From the IMG/VR virus record IMGVR_UViG_3300037471_001733, positions 22,201-86,200 of that record: 64,000 nucleotides of DNA. One strand, written 5' to 3'. The translations under genes were made by a program, and so were the position numbers. The notes beneath the pieces were generated by a model. The model did not search any database. It had not been told where the DNA came from and saw nothing but the letters and a program-made list of their open reading frames with translations. Shown piece by piece: positions 9,100 through 18,190 of this stretch (position 1 is the first letter of the stretch; each line of letters begins with the position of its first letter). This stretch comes from a virus. Its lineage: Duplodnaviria; Heunggongvirae; Uroviricota; Caudoviricetes.

Positions 9100-10182
9100 C
9101 TACTTGCTGATGAGGCTCAGGATGTGGGCCTTCAGGTTCGCCAGCTCGGTTGCGCTTTGCTCGTCACGAGCAGGCGCGGCCGGAGCCGCAGGTGCGGCAG
9201 CGGCGGGTTCCCGAGACTCGTCGCGAGGCCCGGTGTGCAGCGCGGCCTTGGCCAGTGCGATGACGCACTTGGCCTCGGCCGCAGAAAGGCCAACCGCATC
9301 ACGCAGTTGGCGCTCAAGGATGCGGACCTCAGGCGTGCCGTCGTCGTCGCCGGCAGGCACGAGGTCTTGCGGGGTGTTCTTGAAGAAGGGCAGCATGGCC
9401 GAGCGCGCATGCGTCAGCGCGGCCTTCTTCTCCTTCTTCTTGGCCGGCACCATCGTGTCGGCGAATCCTTTGTCCACGGCGTCCTGGCCGCGGAACCACG
9501 TTTCGGCGTCAACCCACGAGGCGATTTCGGCGCGGTCGCCACCGGTGCGCGCGACGTAGATGTCGATGAGGCCGGCTTCCAGCGTGTCCAGCACGTCGGC
9601 TTCCTTGCGCAGGGCCTTGGCGTTGCCGGCGAGAATCGTCCACGGCGCGTGGATCATGAAGTTCGCGCCTTCAGCGATGCGGATCTCGTCGCCGGCCATC
9701 GCAATTACGGAAGCGATGCTGGCGGCAATGCCATCGACGTGCACGATGATCTTGGCCTTGTGCGTGGCCAGCGCGTTGTAGATGCTGACGCCGTCGAACA
9801 CGGACCCGCCTGGCGAGTTGATGTGTACGTGCAGCTCATCAGCATCCAGCGCGGCGAGTTCGCGCACTGTGTCCTCGGCATTAACGCCGCCGTCCCAGTA
9901 GCCGCCGATGTCGCCGTATACAAACAGCTTCGGCGCTTCGCCTTCGTCGGCGGCCAAGCGCAGGTGGCCAGGGCCCAGCGCGCGCGGCGCCAGATTCATT
10001 GCCCGCTCGGGCAGGCCGGCGAGATTGATGACGGGTTTGGTCATTGCGGCCGTCCCTTCCTCATTGCTTTCTTGTTCCTCGCCCAACTCGGAGAGGACTG
10101 CGGCCAGCGACACCTGAGCGTCGCGGATGCGAGATTCGTTGCGGGCGCTCAGCACGCGCCCGGCGTTCAGACGTTGGCCCAT
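9100..10182 (-). CDS. prohead protease (ClpP/S14-like) fused to C-terminal scaffold-like domain
   Basis: 360 aa; 'INSPGGSVFDGVSIYNAL...HVDGIAASIASVIAMAGDEIRIAEGANFMIHAPW' ClpP-type serine protease core; Ala/Pro/Glu-rich C-terminus. Confidence 0.8.
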   Translation of the reverse strand: MGQRLNAGRVLSARNESRIRDAQVSLAAVLSELGEEQESNEEGTAAMTKPVINLAGLPERAMNLAPRALGPGHLRLAADEGEAPKLFVYGDIGGYWDGGVNAEDTVRELAALDADELHVHINSPGGSVFDGVSIYNALATHKAKIIVHVDGIAASIASVIAMAGDEIRIAEGANFMIHAPWTILAGNAKALRKEADVLDTLEAGLIDIYVARTGGDRAEIASWVDAETWFRGQDAVDKGFADTMVPAKKKEKKAALTHARSAMLPFFKNTPQDLVPAGDDDGTPEVRILERQLRDAVGLSAAEAKCVIALAKAALHTGPRDESREPAAAAPAAPAAPARDEQSATELANLKAHILSLISK

Positions 10183-10185
10183 GGG

Positions 10186-11481
10186 CTACCCTTGGTTGCG
10201 CGCTGAAAGCGCTTGACTGGATGCCGCCAAGTCGTTGTTGTCTTGCTGTGCCGGGGCCGCGCCAGCGGGGTTGCTTGGCATGCCTAATTCCGGATCAGAG
10301 GCGTCGCCCATGTTCACGGGCGCGCGGTAGATTTCGCCGCCCTCGTACGGGTTCTGCTCCTCGTAGGCGCGGATCTCGTTCGCGTTGAGCGCGCCCATCT
10401 GCCAGAGGCGGAAGTAGTACTCGGCGCGGTCACGCGCGGCGCCGCGCATCAAGGCATTGGCGTTGAACTTCGCGTAGATACCGTCGTCCAGGTCACGCTC
10501 GCTAAGCAGGTTGCAGTCGATGCTCTGCTCGATGCGTTCGTACCAAGGCGCCAGGCAGTGCACCACGTGCGCCAGGAACATCTGCTCCGCGCTGGCGTAA
10601 GTGGCCGTCTTGTCGCTGTAGCCGACCATCAGTGGCGCGCACCTAAAAATTCTGCACACCTCTTCGATCTGGTGACGTCTCGTTTCGAGATGCTGGCTAT
10701 CAACGCCCGTCATCGACGTCGGCACAAACTTGGCGCCGCGGTCAAGAATCATCGGGCGGAATCTCGCTTCGCCTGTCATGTTCTTCTCGACCCAGTTGCG
10801 CAGAGCAAGGAACTGGTCCGGAAGCAGCTTGTCGTCCACGCTGTAGATGCCAGTGGACTGCGCGCCATTGGCATGCATCAGCGCATGCGCCTCTTCGGTC
10901 GCCATCGCAAGGCCTATGGCCTCGCGAGCCAACTGCAACGGCTTTAGGCCGTCATAGCCGTTCCAACTCAGCCCTTTGACGTGCCAGATCGCCTCAGCCG
11001 GGAAGTCCTGCGACTGCCCAGTGATCTCGCTGCTTACGCGGTACACCGGCCGGCGGAACTGGTCCACATCCACGCACACCTCGTGCGGGAGAAACGGGAT
11101 CAACTCGCGGATCTTGCCGTTGACGACGTTCTTGAACGCCACGAAACGACCGGCCAAGCACACATGCGCGGCCAGCATCTCGCGGAACTCGAAGGACGTC
11201 TGCCAAGGGTTCGGCCGGCGGTACAGCACGCGATACAGCGGGTGGTCCTTCGCCGGATCGCTGCCGCCGTCGTCACGCTCCTTGTAGAGCTTCAAGGGCA
11301 CCTGCGCGATGCCCTCGGCAATCACGCGCACGCACGCCAGGACCGTCGTCACCTGCAGCGCGGTTTCCACCGTGACGTTCTGACCCGAACGCGACGCAGG
11401 AAACCAGCCGCTCCAGAAAGGCTCAGTGAACGCCTGCGCCCGGCGCTGCCGCGGCGCCATCATCTTCGACAGGAAACTCAC
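10186..11481 (-). CDS. portal protein, HK97 family
   Basis: 431 aa; Phage_portal pattern, located between large terminase and protease. Confidence 0.85.
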   Translation of the reverse strand: MSFLSKMMAPRQRRAQAFTEPFWSGWFPASRSGQNVTVETALQVTTVLACVRVIAEGIAQVPLKLYKERDDGGSDPAKDHPLYRVLYRRPNPWQTSFEFREMLAAHVCLAGRFVAFKNVVNGKIRELIPFLPHEVCVDVDQFRRPVYRVSSEITGQSQDFPAEAIWHVKGLSWNGYDGLKPLQLAREAIGLAMATEEAHALMHANGAQSTGIYSVDDKLLPDQFLALRNWVEKNMTGEARFRPMILDRGAKFVPTSMTGVDSQHLETRRHQIEEVCRIFRCAPLMVGYSDKTATYASAEQMFLAHVVHCLAPWYERIEQSIDCNLLSERDLDDGIYAKFNANALMRGAARDRAEYYFRLWQMGALNANEIRAYEEQNPYEGGEIYRAPVNMGDASDPELGMPSNPAGAAPAQQDNNDLAASSQALSARNQG

Positions 11482-11756
11482 TCGGCAGCCTTCCCGTCAC
11501 CGGCACGCGCGCGGATGCCCATCAGGCCCAGGCCCAGCGCCAGCAAGCCGCCGACGATGAAGCCAGCCGGCAGGGAGTACAGGCCGGTGCCATAGGCAAC
11601 AGCCCCGGCGCCGCCCAGCGCCAGCATGTCCGGCATCAGAAAGGCCAACAGTTCGCCGCCGGCCGCAATCAGGCCCAGCATGGCGCGGCCAAGGGTCAAC
11701 ATTCGGCGGGCCAGAAATGTCCTGGCACCGGCGATCTTCGTTCGCAGGTTTTTCAC
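11478..11756 (-). CDS. small membrane protein (hypothetical)
   Basis: 92 aa ORF with two hydrophobic helices between terminase and portal; overlaps both neighbours by 4 nt. Confidence 0.35.
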   Translation of the reverse strand: MKNLRTKIAGARTFLARRMLTLGRAMLGLIAAGGELLAFLMPDMLALGGAGAVAYGTGLYSLPAGFIVGGLLALGLGLMGIRARAGDGKAAE

Positions 11757-13513
11757 GGCGTCAGGACTTCCCAGAATGACTTTCCAGTGGACTCGGTGGT
11801 TCTGGACATCAAGCCCACGGCCATCACAGCCGCCACGATGAGGTCGATGCGGCCCGTGGCCTTTTCCTTGCTGAGCTTGCGGTTCTCGGCGTCATCCATC
11901 ACCGTCACCGCGTTGCTCGCACACCAGTTGAAAACTGGGTGGTCGTTGTGCGCCAACTCGTTGTTGAGCAGCATTCGCTCGAACTCTTCAACGGCTGGCG
12001 AAGCCTCTTTGTAACCTTGCCCGAACGCGACCATGGGCGGTAGGCTGATGCCTTCGTCGTCGGCAAGCGCCAGCAAGTCTTCGATGCGCCAGCGGTCGTA
12101 TGCGACGCCCTGGATCTCGAATGCCTCGGACAGCGCGGACAGCCGCTGCAGCACGTTGCGCTTGCTGATCGCGCGCCCCGGCGTGGTGTCCAAGTGCCCG
12201 GCAGCTTTCCACTGCACGTAGGGCACTCGATCGGTTTCGGCCTTCTTCTGCAGCCCCTCATCAGGCAGCCAGGCGAACGGCACTAGGTGCCACGGCTCGC
12301 CTTCCTCTTGCGGCTCAACCAGCAGCACCAGCCCCGTAAGGTCGGTGGTGGACGACAGGTCCAGCCCGGCCCAGGCTCGCCGGCCGCGCAGGTCTTGCCA
12401 GTTGAAGGTGCGAATCGCACTCTTCCAAACGTCGGCCGACAGCCACGGCGAATCGGCATCCGTCCACTGGCAGAAATTCAGCCGGCGGACGATCGCCTCC
12501 TTAGACGGCATGCCGCGCGCTTCGGTCACCTGCTCGCGCAGGTACTTCATGCCCGGCAGATCGGCGTCCTGCAGCGAAGGGTTGGCCTTCACCCAGCACG
12601 ACTCGTCCGAGAAAGGATCCTCGCCTTCATCTAGGGCGCACACGAAACTGAAGAACGCATCGTCCTCCAGCGTCCCCGCTGCGACCTTTGCGCCGTACTC
12701 GTGGTACGCCCAGCACGGCCCCCGTTTGTCGGAGCCGCTGTTGGTGATCATGAAGATCAGCGCCTGCCGCCGGCTCTTGGTGCCGGCGCGCATCATCTCC
12801 ACGACCGTGTTGGTCTTGTGCTCGTGCAGCTCGTCGATGAGCGCAATGTGCGGCCGCGGGCCGGACTGCCCATCGTCCGAGCTGATCGGGCGGAAGAAGC
12901 TGCCGGCCTGCAGGTAGGCCAGGTTCCACACCCGCTCGCCCGTGCCGCTCTTGGTCAGCCGCTTAGCGAGTTCCGGCGACTGGTCCACCATGGCCACCGC
13001 GTCGCGGAAGAGGATCATGGCCTGATCCTTCTTCGTCGCCGCAGCGTAGACCTCTGCGCGCGCCTCGCTGTCGGCGGTCAGGCCAAGAAGCCCAATGCCC
13101 GCCGAAAGGGGCGACTTCCCGGAGCCCTTGGCCGTCTCGACGTAGGCAACACGGAACCGCCGCCAGCCGTCAGAACCCTTCCAGCCGAACAGACTGCCGA
13201 TGACGAATTTCTGCCACGGCAGAAGCTCGAAGGGCTTTCCCTCAAAGTCGCCGCCGTTGAGCTTCAGGACGTTGCGGTAGTACCGCAGCGCCTTCAGGGC
13301 GGTCTCCAGGTCCCAATTCAGGCCGCGTGCCGGGCCTTTCTCCAGGTCGCGCAGGTGGCGCGCGCATGCCGCGCGCACATGCGGGCCGGCGATGCGTTTG
13401 CCGTCAACGACGGATTGGGCGTACTCGGTGACCGGATCGTCACCAGTCGGGACGTCAGCCGAAGAATTCCTGTAAGTGGTCTTCCTTTTGGTCGTCGTCG
13501 GCGTTTTGGACAT
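11753..13513 (-). CDS. terminase large subunit (Terminase_1 family)
   Basis: 586 aa; Walker A 'VETAKGSGKS', 'ALIDELHEH' and C-terminal nuclease region. Confidence 0.85.
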   Translation of the reverse strand: MSKTPTTTKRKTTYRNSSADVPTGDDPVTEYAQSVVDGKRIAGPHVRAACARHLRDLEKGPARGLNWDLETALKALRYYRNVLKLNGGDFEGKPFELLPWQKFVIGSLFGWKGSDGWRRFRVAYVETAKGSGKSPLSAGIGLLGLTADSEARAEVYAAATKKDQAMILFRDAVAMVDQSPELAKRLTKSGTGERVWNLAYLQAGSFFRPISSDDGQSGPRPHIALIDELHEHKTNTVVEMMRAGTKSRRQALIFMITNSGSDKRGPCWAYHEYGAKVAAGTLEDDAFFSFVCALDEGEDPFSDESCWVKANPSLQDADLPGMKYLREQVTEARGMPSKEAIVRRLNFCQWTDADSPWLSADVWKSAIRTFNWQDLRGRRAWAGLDLSSTTDLTGLVLLVEPQEEGEPWHLVPFAWLPDEGLQKKAETDRVPYVQWKAAGHLDTTPGRAISKRNVLQRLSALSEAFEIQGVAYDRWRIEDLLALADDEGISLPPMVAFGQGYKEASPAVEEFERMLLNNELAHNDHPVFNWCASNAVTVMDDAENRKLSKEKATGRIDLIVAAVMAVGLMSRTTESTGKSFWEVLTP

Positions 13514-13955
13514 GAACCTTGGACCTCGCGGCCGGCGTCAGCCCGAACTCGACCAGCCACGCCTTGAAGCGCCGGTCGGCATCGGCCAGCATGGCCACCG
13601 CCGGGTTCGCTTTGATGCTGCGGTCGCCCTGCGTGTTCGTTGTTTCGTAGGTAGGGCCGTCCTGGTTCACCAGTTCCTGATACCGCAGGATCTCGGCGTA
13701 CACGGCGCAGCCTCTCTCAAGGGCGTAGGCATCGGCCTCGGTTAGCACGCCCATCCGATCCAGCAGCACAGACATGCGGCCCCAGGCAACCTTGGCCTCG
13801 TCGGACAAGTGGCTGGGGCAACTAGGTATCTCGCGGCGTGGTTTGGGCTCGCTCTTGTTGAGCGCGCGCCTTCCCGGGTTGCCTGTAACTATTTTTAAGT
13901 GGCTCGGTTTTGGCCTGCGCCCCGCCATATCTCTATTCCTTGACTGGCCAGCCAT
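13455..13955 (-). CDS. terminase small subunit, P27 family
   Basis: 166 aa; 'KPSHLKIVTGNPGRRALN' N-terminus typical of P27-family TerS; precedes TerL. Confidence 0.7.
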   Translation of the reverse strand: MAGQSRNRDMAGRRPKPSHLKIVTGNPGRRALNKSEPKPRREIPSCPSHLSDEAKVAWGRMSVLLDRMGVLTEADAYALERGCAVYAEILRYQELVNQDGPTYETTNTQGDRSIKANPAVAMLADADRRFKAWLVEFGLTPAARSKVHVQNADDDQKEDHLQEFFG

Positions 13956-14214
13956 CCACCCCGATCACCGGCCGAACTCGATGACCTAGATCTCGCGCCG
14001 TTTTGTCACGGTGACAGGGGGTACATAGCCCCTGAGCCTGGCCCGGGTCTTCGTGGAAGTCCTTGCCGCCGTTGACTAGCGCGACTTTGTGGTCCAACTG
14101 AGTTGCGGCAGCAAGTCGGCCATGGCGTGAGCACTCAGCACAAAGCGGGTTCAGCCGCAAGTAGTAGTCGCGGAACCGCTGCAGCGGGCGGCCACGCAAG
14201 CGATCAGTGGCCAT
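13933..14214 (-). CDS. HNH endonuclease (terminase-associated)
   Basis: 93 aa; CxxC ... DHKVAL..GG ... CxxCH HNH motif; directly upstream of TerS. Confidence 0.7.
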   Translation of the reverse strand: MATDRLRGRPLQRFRDYYLRLNPLCAECSRHGRLAAATQLDHKVALVNGGKDFHEDPGQAQGLCTPCHRDKTARDLGHRVRPVIGVDGWPVKE

Positions 14215-14272
14215 GCGCGCCTCGGGAAAGAAAAGGCCCGCCTGCCGGAGAGCCGGGGCGAGCAGAAACCTG

Positions 14273-14359
14273 TGGCGCGGACGGCTGGGCTCGAACCAGC
14301 GACCTGCAGCGCTGGTCTTTGCGAACCCGCTGCTTCTCTACCGGCTGAGATACGCCCGC
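14273..14359 (-). tRNA. tRNA-like gene, 87 nt with encoded CCA; canonical acceptor, D and T arms but aberrant extended anticodon arm (loop CGCAAA) - possible pseudo/unusual phage tRNA
   Basis: minus strand GCGGGCG-TA-TCTCAGCCGGTAGAGA-...-GCTGGTTCGAGCCCAGC-CGTCCGC-G-CCA; no 5bp/7nt anticodon arm can be folded. Confidence 0.4.
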
Positions 14360-14370
14360 GTCGGAAACGA

Positions 14371-14394
14371 AAAAGCCCGCGCGAGGCGGGCTTT
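14371..14394. terminator. bidirectional terminator-like hairpin (GCCCGC-GCGAG-GCGGGC flanked by A-run and T-run)
   Basis: seen in sequence between tRNA-like gene and Zn-ribbon/HNH gene. Confidence 0.5.
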
Positions 14395-14552
14395 GAGAAA
14401 TCTGCAGAGACACCTATCCCACGGACCTGTCGGAATTGGGATAGATTCACCGGGAGGCCGTAAGCGTAGCCGGCGTGGGCCAATTGTACGGCTTGTTGTC
14501 TTGCACACGCAACAGGGGCTGTCAAGGGCTCGCGAGCGACGCCCACATATCT

Positions 14553-15449
14553 CTATAACCCCAACTGCAGTTGACCAAGAGACTTGCTTCCCTTGGACCG
14601 GTTGCACCCAAAGCACTCGCACTGCGTGTTGCTATAGCTGTGTGGACCTCCATCGCGCAGGCTGACAACGTGACCAAGCTCCGGTGCGCCCTCAATCCTC
14701 TTGCCCATCTTCGACCTCGGCGTCTTAATGCCGCAAATCTTGCAGCGCCAGCCGTCGCGCTCAAAGACAGACAGCTTGTCCACCTTCTCGTACTCGCAGC
14801 CGAACTTTCTGGCGCGACGCCGATGCGTGGTGCCGCTAGTGGCTCTGTAACGGTAGCTCAGCTGACAGGCTATCGAGCAGTACTTTTGGCGCAGGTCGCC
14901 ATAGTCCGGCGTGAACGCAACTTCGCAGAAGCCGCACTTGCGAGGCGACCGGTCGCGGCTACGCTCTTGCTTCTTCCGATTGTAAACCTTGCTCCTGCAT
15001 TTGCTGCTACAGAAGTTCGCATCCGGCATCTTGGCCATGAAGTCGCGCCCGCAGGACGGGCTGGCGCAGACCCTGGCATAGCGCAGCTTATTCTGGCCGC
15101 GCTCCTTTTTCTCCGGCGCTGGAACGCACTCATAGCAGAACTTGCGCGGCTTGCCGTTCTTAAATAGTGGCTTTGGGTGGCGGCAGCCGTTTTCATTCCG
15201 GGTCCTGCACTCGTCGGAGCAATGACTGCGGCGCAGCTTCGTCGGCTTGAAGGGCATTCCACAGTAGGCGCATAACCGCGGCGGTTTCGGAGGCACGGGC
15301 GGATTCTTCCGTGGTCGTCCAGCGCCAGGACGGCGGCCGCCAGAGTTTGGACGCGGGCCACCGCGCTTTGAACGCGACGCCTCGACCAGTGCGCATAGCG
15401 CGCCTTTGCAGCCGCCAACAGACAGCCGCCTATACTCGCCTTCAACCAT
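14553..15449 (-). CDS. multi-zinc-ribbon protein with C-terminal HNH endonuclease domain
   Basis: 298 aa; at least 6 CxxC pairs, C-terminal 'ELGHVVSLRDGG...CECFGCNRSKGSK' HNH motif; AGGAAG RBS. Confidence 0.65.
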   Translation of the reverse strand: MVEGEYRRLSVGGCKGALCALVEASRSKRGGPRPNSGGRRPGAGRPRKNPPVPPKPPRLCAYCGMPFKPTKLRRSHCSDECRTRNENGCRHPKPLFKNGKPRKFCYECVPAPEKKERGQNKLRYARVCASPSCGRDFMAKMPDANFCSSKCRSKVYNRKKQERSRDRSPRKCGFCEVAFTPDYGDLRQKYCSIACQLSYRYRATSGTTHRRRARKFGCEYEKVDKLSVFERDGWRCKICGIKTPRSKMGKRIEGAPELGHVVSLRDGGPHSYSNTQCECFGCNRSKGSKSLGQLQLGL

Positions 15450-15649
15450 GCTGACTTCCTATACAAGTTGGTATGGCCAGAGACCCGGTCGTGTTGCAAG
15501 CGCGACTGGGTTTCGCCATTTTGGCCTAGAACCAACAAATCTGCTGGACAAAACCACAGTTCCCAGGGCGCCAAGAATTTCCTCTCAAAACGCGCCTCTG
15601 AACAGCAAGGTCAACCGATGGTTTACAAGCCGAGGGCTGGGAAGAACTG

Positions 15650-16190
15650 ATTGGGGTATTGGGGGGTGCGCCTCGACTCTCCCCACGCCCAGCCGCGCCA
15701 GCTGTCAGCGCACGAGCTGCCGCTCAGCACGAGCTGCGCCGCTCGATCCCTGCTGGTGCTGGTGCTGCGCGTTGTCACGAGGGGTGCGGCGCCGCCTGGC
15801 TGTCGAGTGCCTGCGGTTATGTGGCGAGGGTCTGCCGCTGCGCCAGTGCACCCGGGCCGCTGCGCGGCCGTGCTCCTGGTGGTGGCGTGCTGGAGCTCCG
15901 ACCGATCGGCGCAGGCAAGCGCCATGGTGCGAACGGTGCACGAGGGAATGCGGCGCAGTGCTGGTGCCTGCGGCTTAGTGGAGTGCTGCGGCTTTGTGGA
16001 GTGGCGCAACTAGTGGAGTGCGCCGTGCTGCAGGGCATGGCGCCATGGACAGGGGTGCAGCGCTGCTGCGCCGCTGGTGCTGTCTCACCCGTGCCGATCG
16101 GCTTCCGCTGCAGGGGCGCTGGTGCTGGAATGCAGGCACCAAAGCAAAAGGGCCGCACGAGGCGGCCCATGGCGTGGAGTGCTTTGGTCT
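15650..16190. repeat. GC-rich non-coding stretch with short tandem motifs (GCACGAGCTGC x2, GCTGGTGCTG xn, TAGTGGAGTGC/TGTGGAGTGG x3)
   Basis: no convincing ORF/RBS; repeats seen directly in sequence. Confidence 0.3.
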
Positions 16191-16440
16191 AGGTGCTGGC
16201 GGCTTTCCGCTCCCGTCCTATACGGATGGCATGGGCAAGCGCGGCCATCTCCCGACCGTTGTCGTAAGGGCCGCGCGCCACCGGCTTTTTGCTGATGCCT
16301 GCGGCTGGCAGCAGGCCAACGAAGCCGGCTTCGTCCACGAAGTCTAGATATGTCATGGCGCCGATGGTCTTGACTGCGATGACACAAGCAACGCTGCCGC
16401 CGCCGATGGTGGGGCGCATGAAAAGGTCCCCGGCTTGCAT
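16189..16440 (-). CDS. small hypothetical protein (leftward operon, gene 8)
   Basis: 83 aa; start ATG preceded by CTGAGGAGGGGACGCC (stop-in-RBS coupling). Confidence 0.4.
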   Translation of the reverse strand: MQAGDLFMRPTIGGGSVACVIAVKTIGAMTYLDFVDEAGFVGLLPAAGISKKPVARGPYDNGREMAALAHAIRIGRERKAAST

Positions 16441-16452
16441 GGCGTCCCCTCC

Positions 16453-16746
16453 TCAGTGGGCCAGCAGATGCCGCACGCTGGCGCCATCCGGTATCCGCAG
16501 CATTGCCGCCACTGCATCCACGTATTCCGGTGCAGGCCGGCGCAATTTGTACTGCTGGTCTCCATACGAGTTGGGAATGGTGCGCGATTCAATCAAGCCG
16601 CGTTCCCTAAGCGCGCGGAATGCCCGGGTGTCATCTTCTGGCGCCACCTCAGCAGCGGCGGCAATGTCATGCCATGAGGGGAGACGGATAGTCCCGTCTG
16701 CATTGGTACGGGAAGCGAGCAGGGCATACAGACGATTGAGGTTCAT
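16453..16746 (-). CDS. winged-helix/HTH_36-like small DNA-binding protein
   Basis: 97 aa from internal ATG with GAGGGG RBS; 'LYALLASRTNADGTIRLPSWHDIAAAAEV...RALRERGLIE' wHTH pattern. Confidence 0.5.
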   Translation of the reverse strand: MNLNRLYALLASRTNADGTIRLPSWHDIAAAAEVAPEDDTRAFRALRERGLIESRTIPNSYGDQQYKLRRPAPEYVDAVAAMLRIPDGASVRHLLAH

Positions 16747-16757
16747 GGCGCGGCCCC

Positions 16758-17132
16758 TCAGATGTCCCAGACGCCATCCACGGTCGCGCCGTGCGCCGCC
16801 TCGTGGGCGTGCGCCGCGATGGCCGCCACGAGGCGCCCGCCGGGCGTTGCTTCCAACGTATCGCCCTCGCTGCACTGGTACTGCAGGCACCGCGCCAGCG
16901 AATGGAACCATGCGGCGGTCTGATTTGGCATGGGGCGCGCCAGCAGTGCACGCAGGCCCTGCAGCGGCTGCCGATCCTCCGGGTAACGCCCCTCATAGCG
17001 GGTTGCGTGGGCGTAGTTGTTGGCTGCACGCAGCGAGATAGCCGCCTGCGCCGCATCGTCGGCGATGCCCTGGGAAACGGCCCATTGCGCCACGGTGGCC
17101 ACGTGCAGATCAGAGCAGATAAAGCAAGACAT
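16758..17132 (-). CDS. hypothetical protein (leftward operon, gene 6)
   Basis: 124 aa; AGGAG RBS 8 nt upstream. Confidence 0.5.
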   Translation of the reverse strand: MSCFICSDLHVATVAQWAVSQGIADDAAQAAISLRAANNYAHATRYEGRYPEDRQPLQGLRALLARPMPNQTAAWFHSLARCLQYQCSEGDTLEATPGGRLVAAIAAHAHEAAHGATVDGVWDI

Positions 17133-17182
17133 GGTGTGATCTCCTATTGCCGCTCATGCTGGCGGCGCAGCGGGTTGAAGGG

Positions 17183-17452
17183 TTAGTCCTCGCGCGGTGT
17201 CTCAATTTGATGCGGCAGGGGTCGCCCCATGCCGTCGGCGCAGTAAAGGGACGTAGAAGCACCGCACGGCAGGTATGCCGGCGCGTCAATTGGCCCGCCT
17301 GCCGTCACATCCATACATGCCCCGTACCGAAATTGCCGCCGGTCTTGATGCAGATGGATCAATTCGACCGTCTGCCGTTGGACTTGCCCGCCGGTCACAT
17401 TGTGGAAAGCGCCAGCAGCAGCGCGGCGGATGGTTTCTGATTGCATGGACAT
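17183..17452 (-). CDS. hypothetical protein (leftward operon, gene 5)
   Basis: 89 aa from ATG at 17452 preceded by conserved CTGAGGAGCGAACC cassette. Confidence 0.5.
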   Translation of the reverse strand: MSMQSETIRRAAAGAFHNVTGGQVQRQTVELIHLHQDRRQFRYGACMDVTAGGPIDAPAYLPCGASTSLYCADGMGRPLPHQIETPRED

Positions 17453-17466
17453 GGTTCGCTCCTCAG
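17450..17466 (-). promoter_or_regulatory. translational-coupling cassette CTGAGGAGCGAACCATG (copy 3 of 3 identical)
   Basis: identical 17-mer (stop TGA + GGAG RBS + 6 nt + ATG) at 17450-17466, 17679-17695, 18174-18190. Confidence 0.5.
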
Positions 17467-17681
17467 TTGAAGCCCTTGTCCGCCTCGATCTGGCGCAGGA
17501 TCTCGACTGCCTCAGCGATCGGCACGAAGTCAGACAGGGGGTCAACAATCGTTTTCTTGCCCACGGTCACCAGCACGACGCGAAACTTTCCGCGCGCCGC
17601 CTCAGTGCTGATTCCGGGCATGCCGGTGGCGGCGCGCGCGGCAAGGGTGGCGGCTCGCAATTGCTTGAGTTGCTCAAACAT
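17463..17681 (-). CDS. hypothetical protein (leftward operon, gene 4)
   Basis: 72 aa; start inside cassette copy 2. Confidence 0.5.
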   Translation of the reverse strand: MFEQLKQLRAATLAARAATGMPGISTEAARGKFRVVLVTVGKKTIVDPLSDFVPIAEAVEILRQIEADKGFN

Positions 17682-17695
17682 GGTTCGCTCCTCAG
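17679..17695 (-). promoter_or_regulatory. translational-coupling cassette CTGAGGAGCGAACCATG (copy 2)
   Basis: identical 17-mer. Confidence 0.5.
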
Positions 17696-17931
17696 ATACC
17701 GAAAACTTGATTGATCGCAGCGCGGCGCAGTGCCTCGCAGTGCATCTGCGCCACGGGTTGATTGATCTCGTCCACCACGTCAAGTGCATCGTTAACGGCA
17801 TCCATGAGATGCGCCATGGCGATATCTTCCGGGTTTGCTTCTACGTGATTGCGCAACTGCAGGCGGGCGCTCAGCAGGTTTTCGACGATCACGTCGAATT
17901 GCTTGACATGCATGGTCACAGGGGTGGGCAT
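17692..17931 (-). CDS. hypothetical protein (leftward operon, gene 3)
   Basis: 79 aa from ATG 17931 (TGA-AAGGTCGAGCC-ATG junction). Confidence 0.5.
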   Translation of the reverse strand: MPTPVTMHVKQFDVIVENLLSARLQLRNHVEANPEDIAMAHLMDAVNDALDVVDEINQPVAQMHCEALRRAAINQVFGI

Positions 17932-17942
17932 GGCTCGACCTT

Positions 17943-18176
17943 TCAGCGCATGTTGATGTAACCCGGCATGCCGAGTGCGCGCGCCAGCACGTTTGCCGCG
18001 TGGCGGTCTGCAAGGTTGCATATCAGGTACTTGGCCTGCGCGACCGCTTCGAAGTGCGCGCTCTGCGCCTCTTCGTATTCCTGATGGGTTCGATTGCTGT
18101 CGCCGATCATGTGCACGTGGCCACCGATGGCGGGCCGCAATTCCTTGGCGATGCTGATGGCAGTTCGGATATTCAT
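17943..18176 (-). CDS. hypothetical protein (leftward operon, gene 2)
   Basis: 77 aa from ATG 18176 inside cassette copy 1. Confidence 0.5.
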   Translation of the reverse strand: MNIRTAISIAKELRPAIGGHVHMIGDSNRTHQEYEEAQSAHFEAVAQAKYLICNLADRHAANVLARALGMPGYINMR

Positions 18177-18190
18177 GGTTCGCTCCTCAG
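18174..18190 (-). promoter_or_regulatory. translational-coupling cassette CTGAGGAGCGAACCATG (copy 1)
   Basis: identical 17-mer. Confidence 0.5.

Noticed and set aside
7771-10206. 811-aa plus-strand ORF
   Set aside because: Antisense to the well-supported capsid and protease genes; Arg/Gly/Ala-rich composition typical of GC-driven spurious ORFs
14273-14359. Calling a specific tRNA isotype (e.g. Cys-GCA from loop TCGCAAA)
   Set aside because: No 5-bp stem/7-nt loop can be drawn and position 33 would be C; isotype left unassigned
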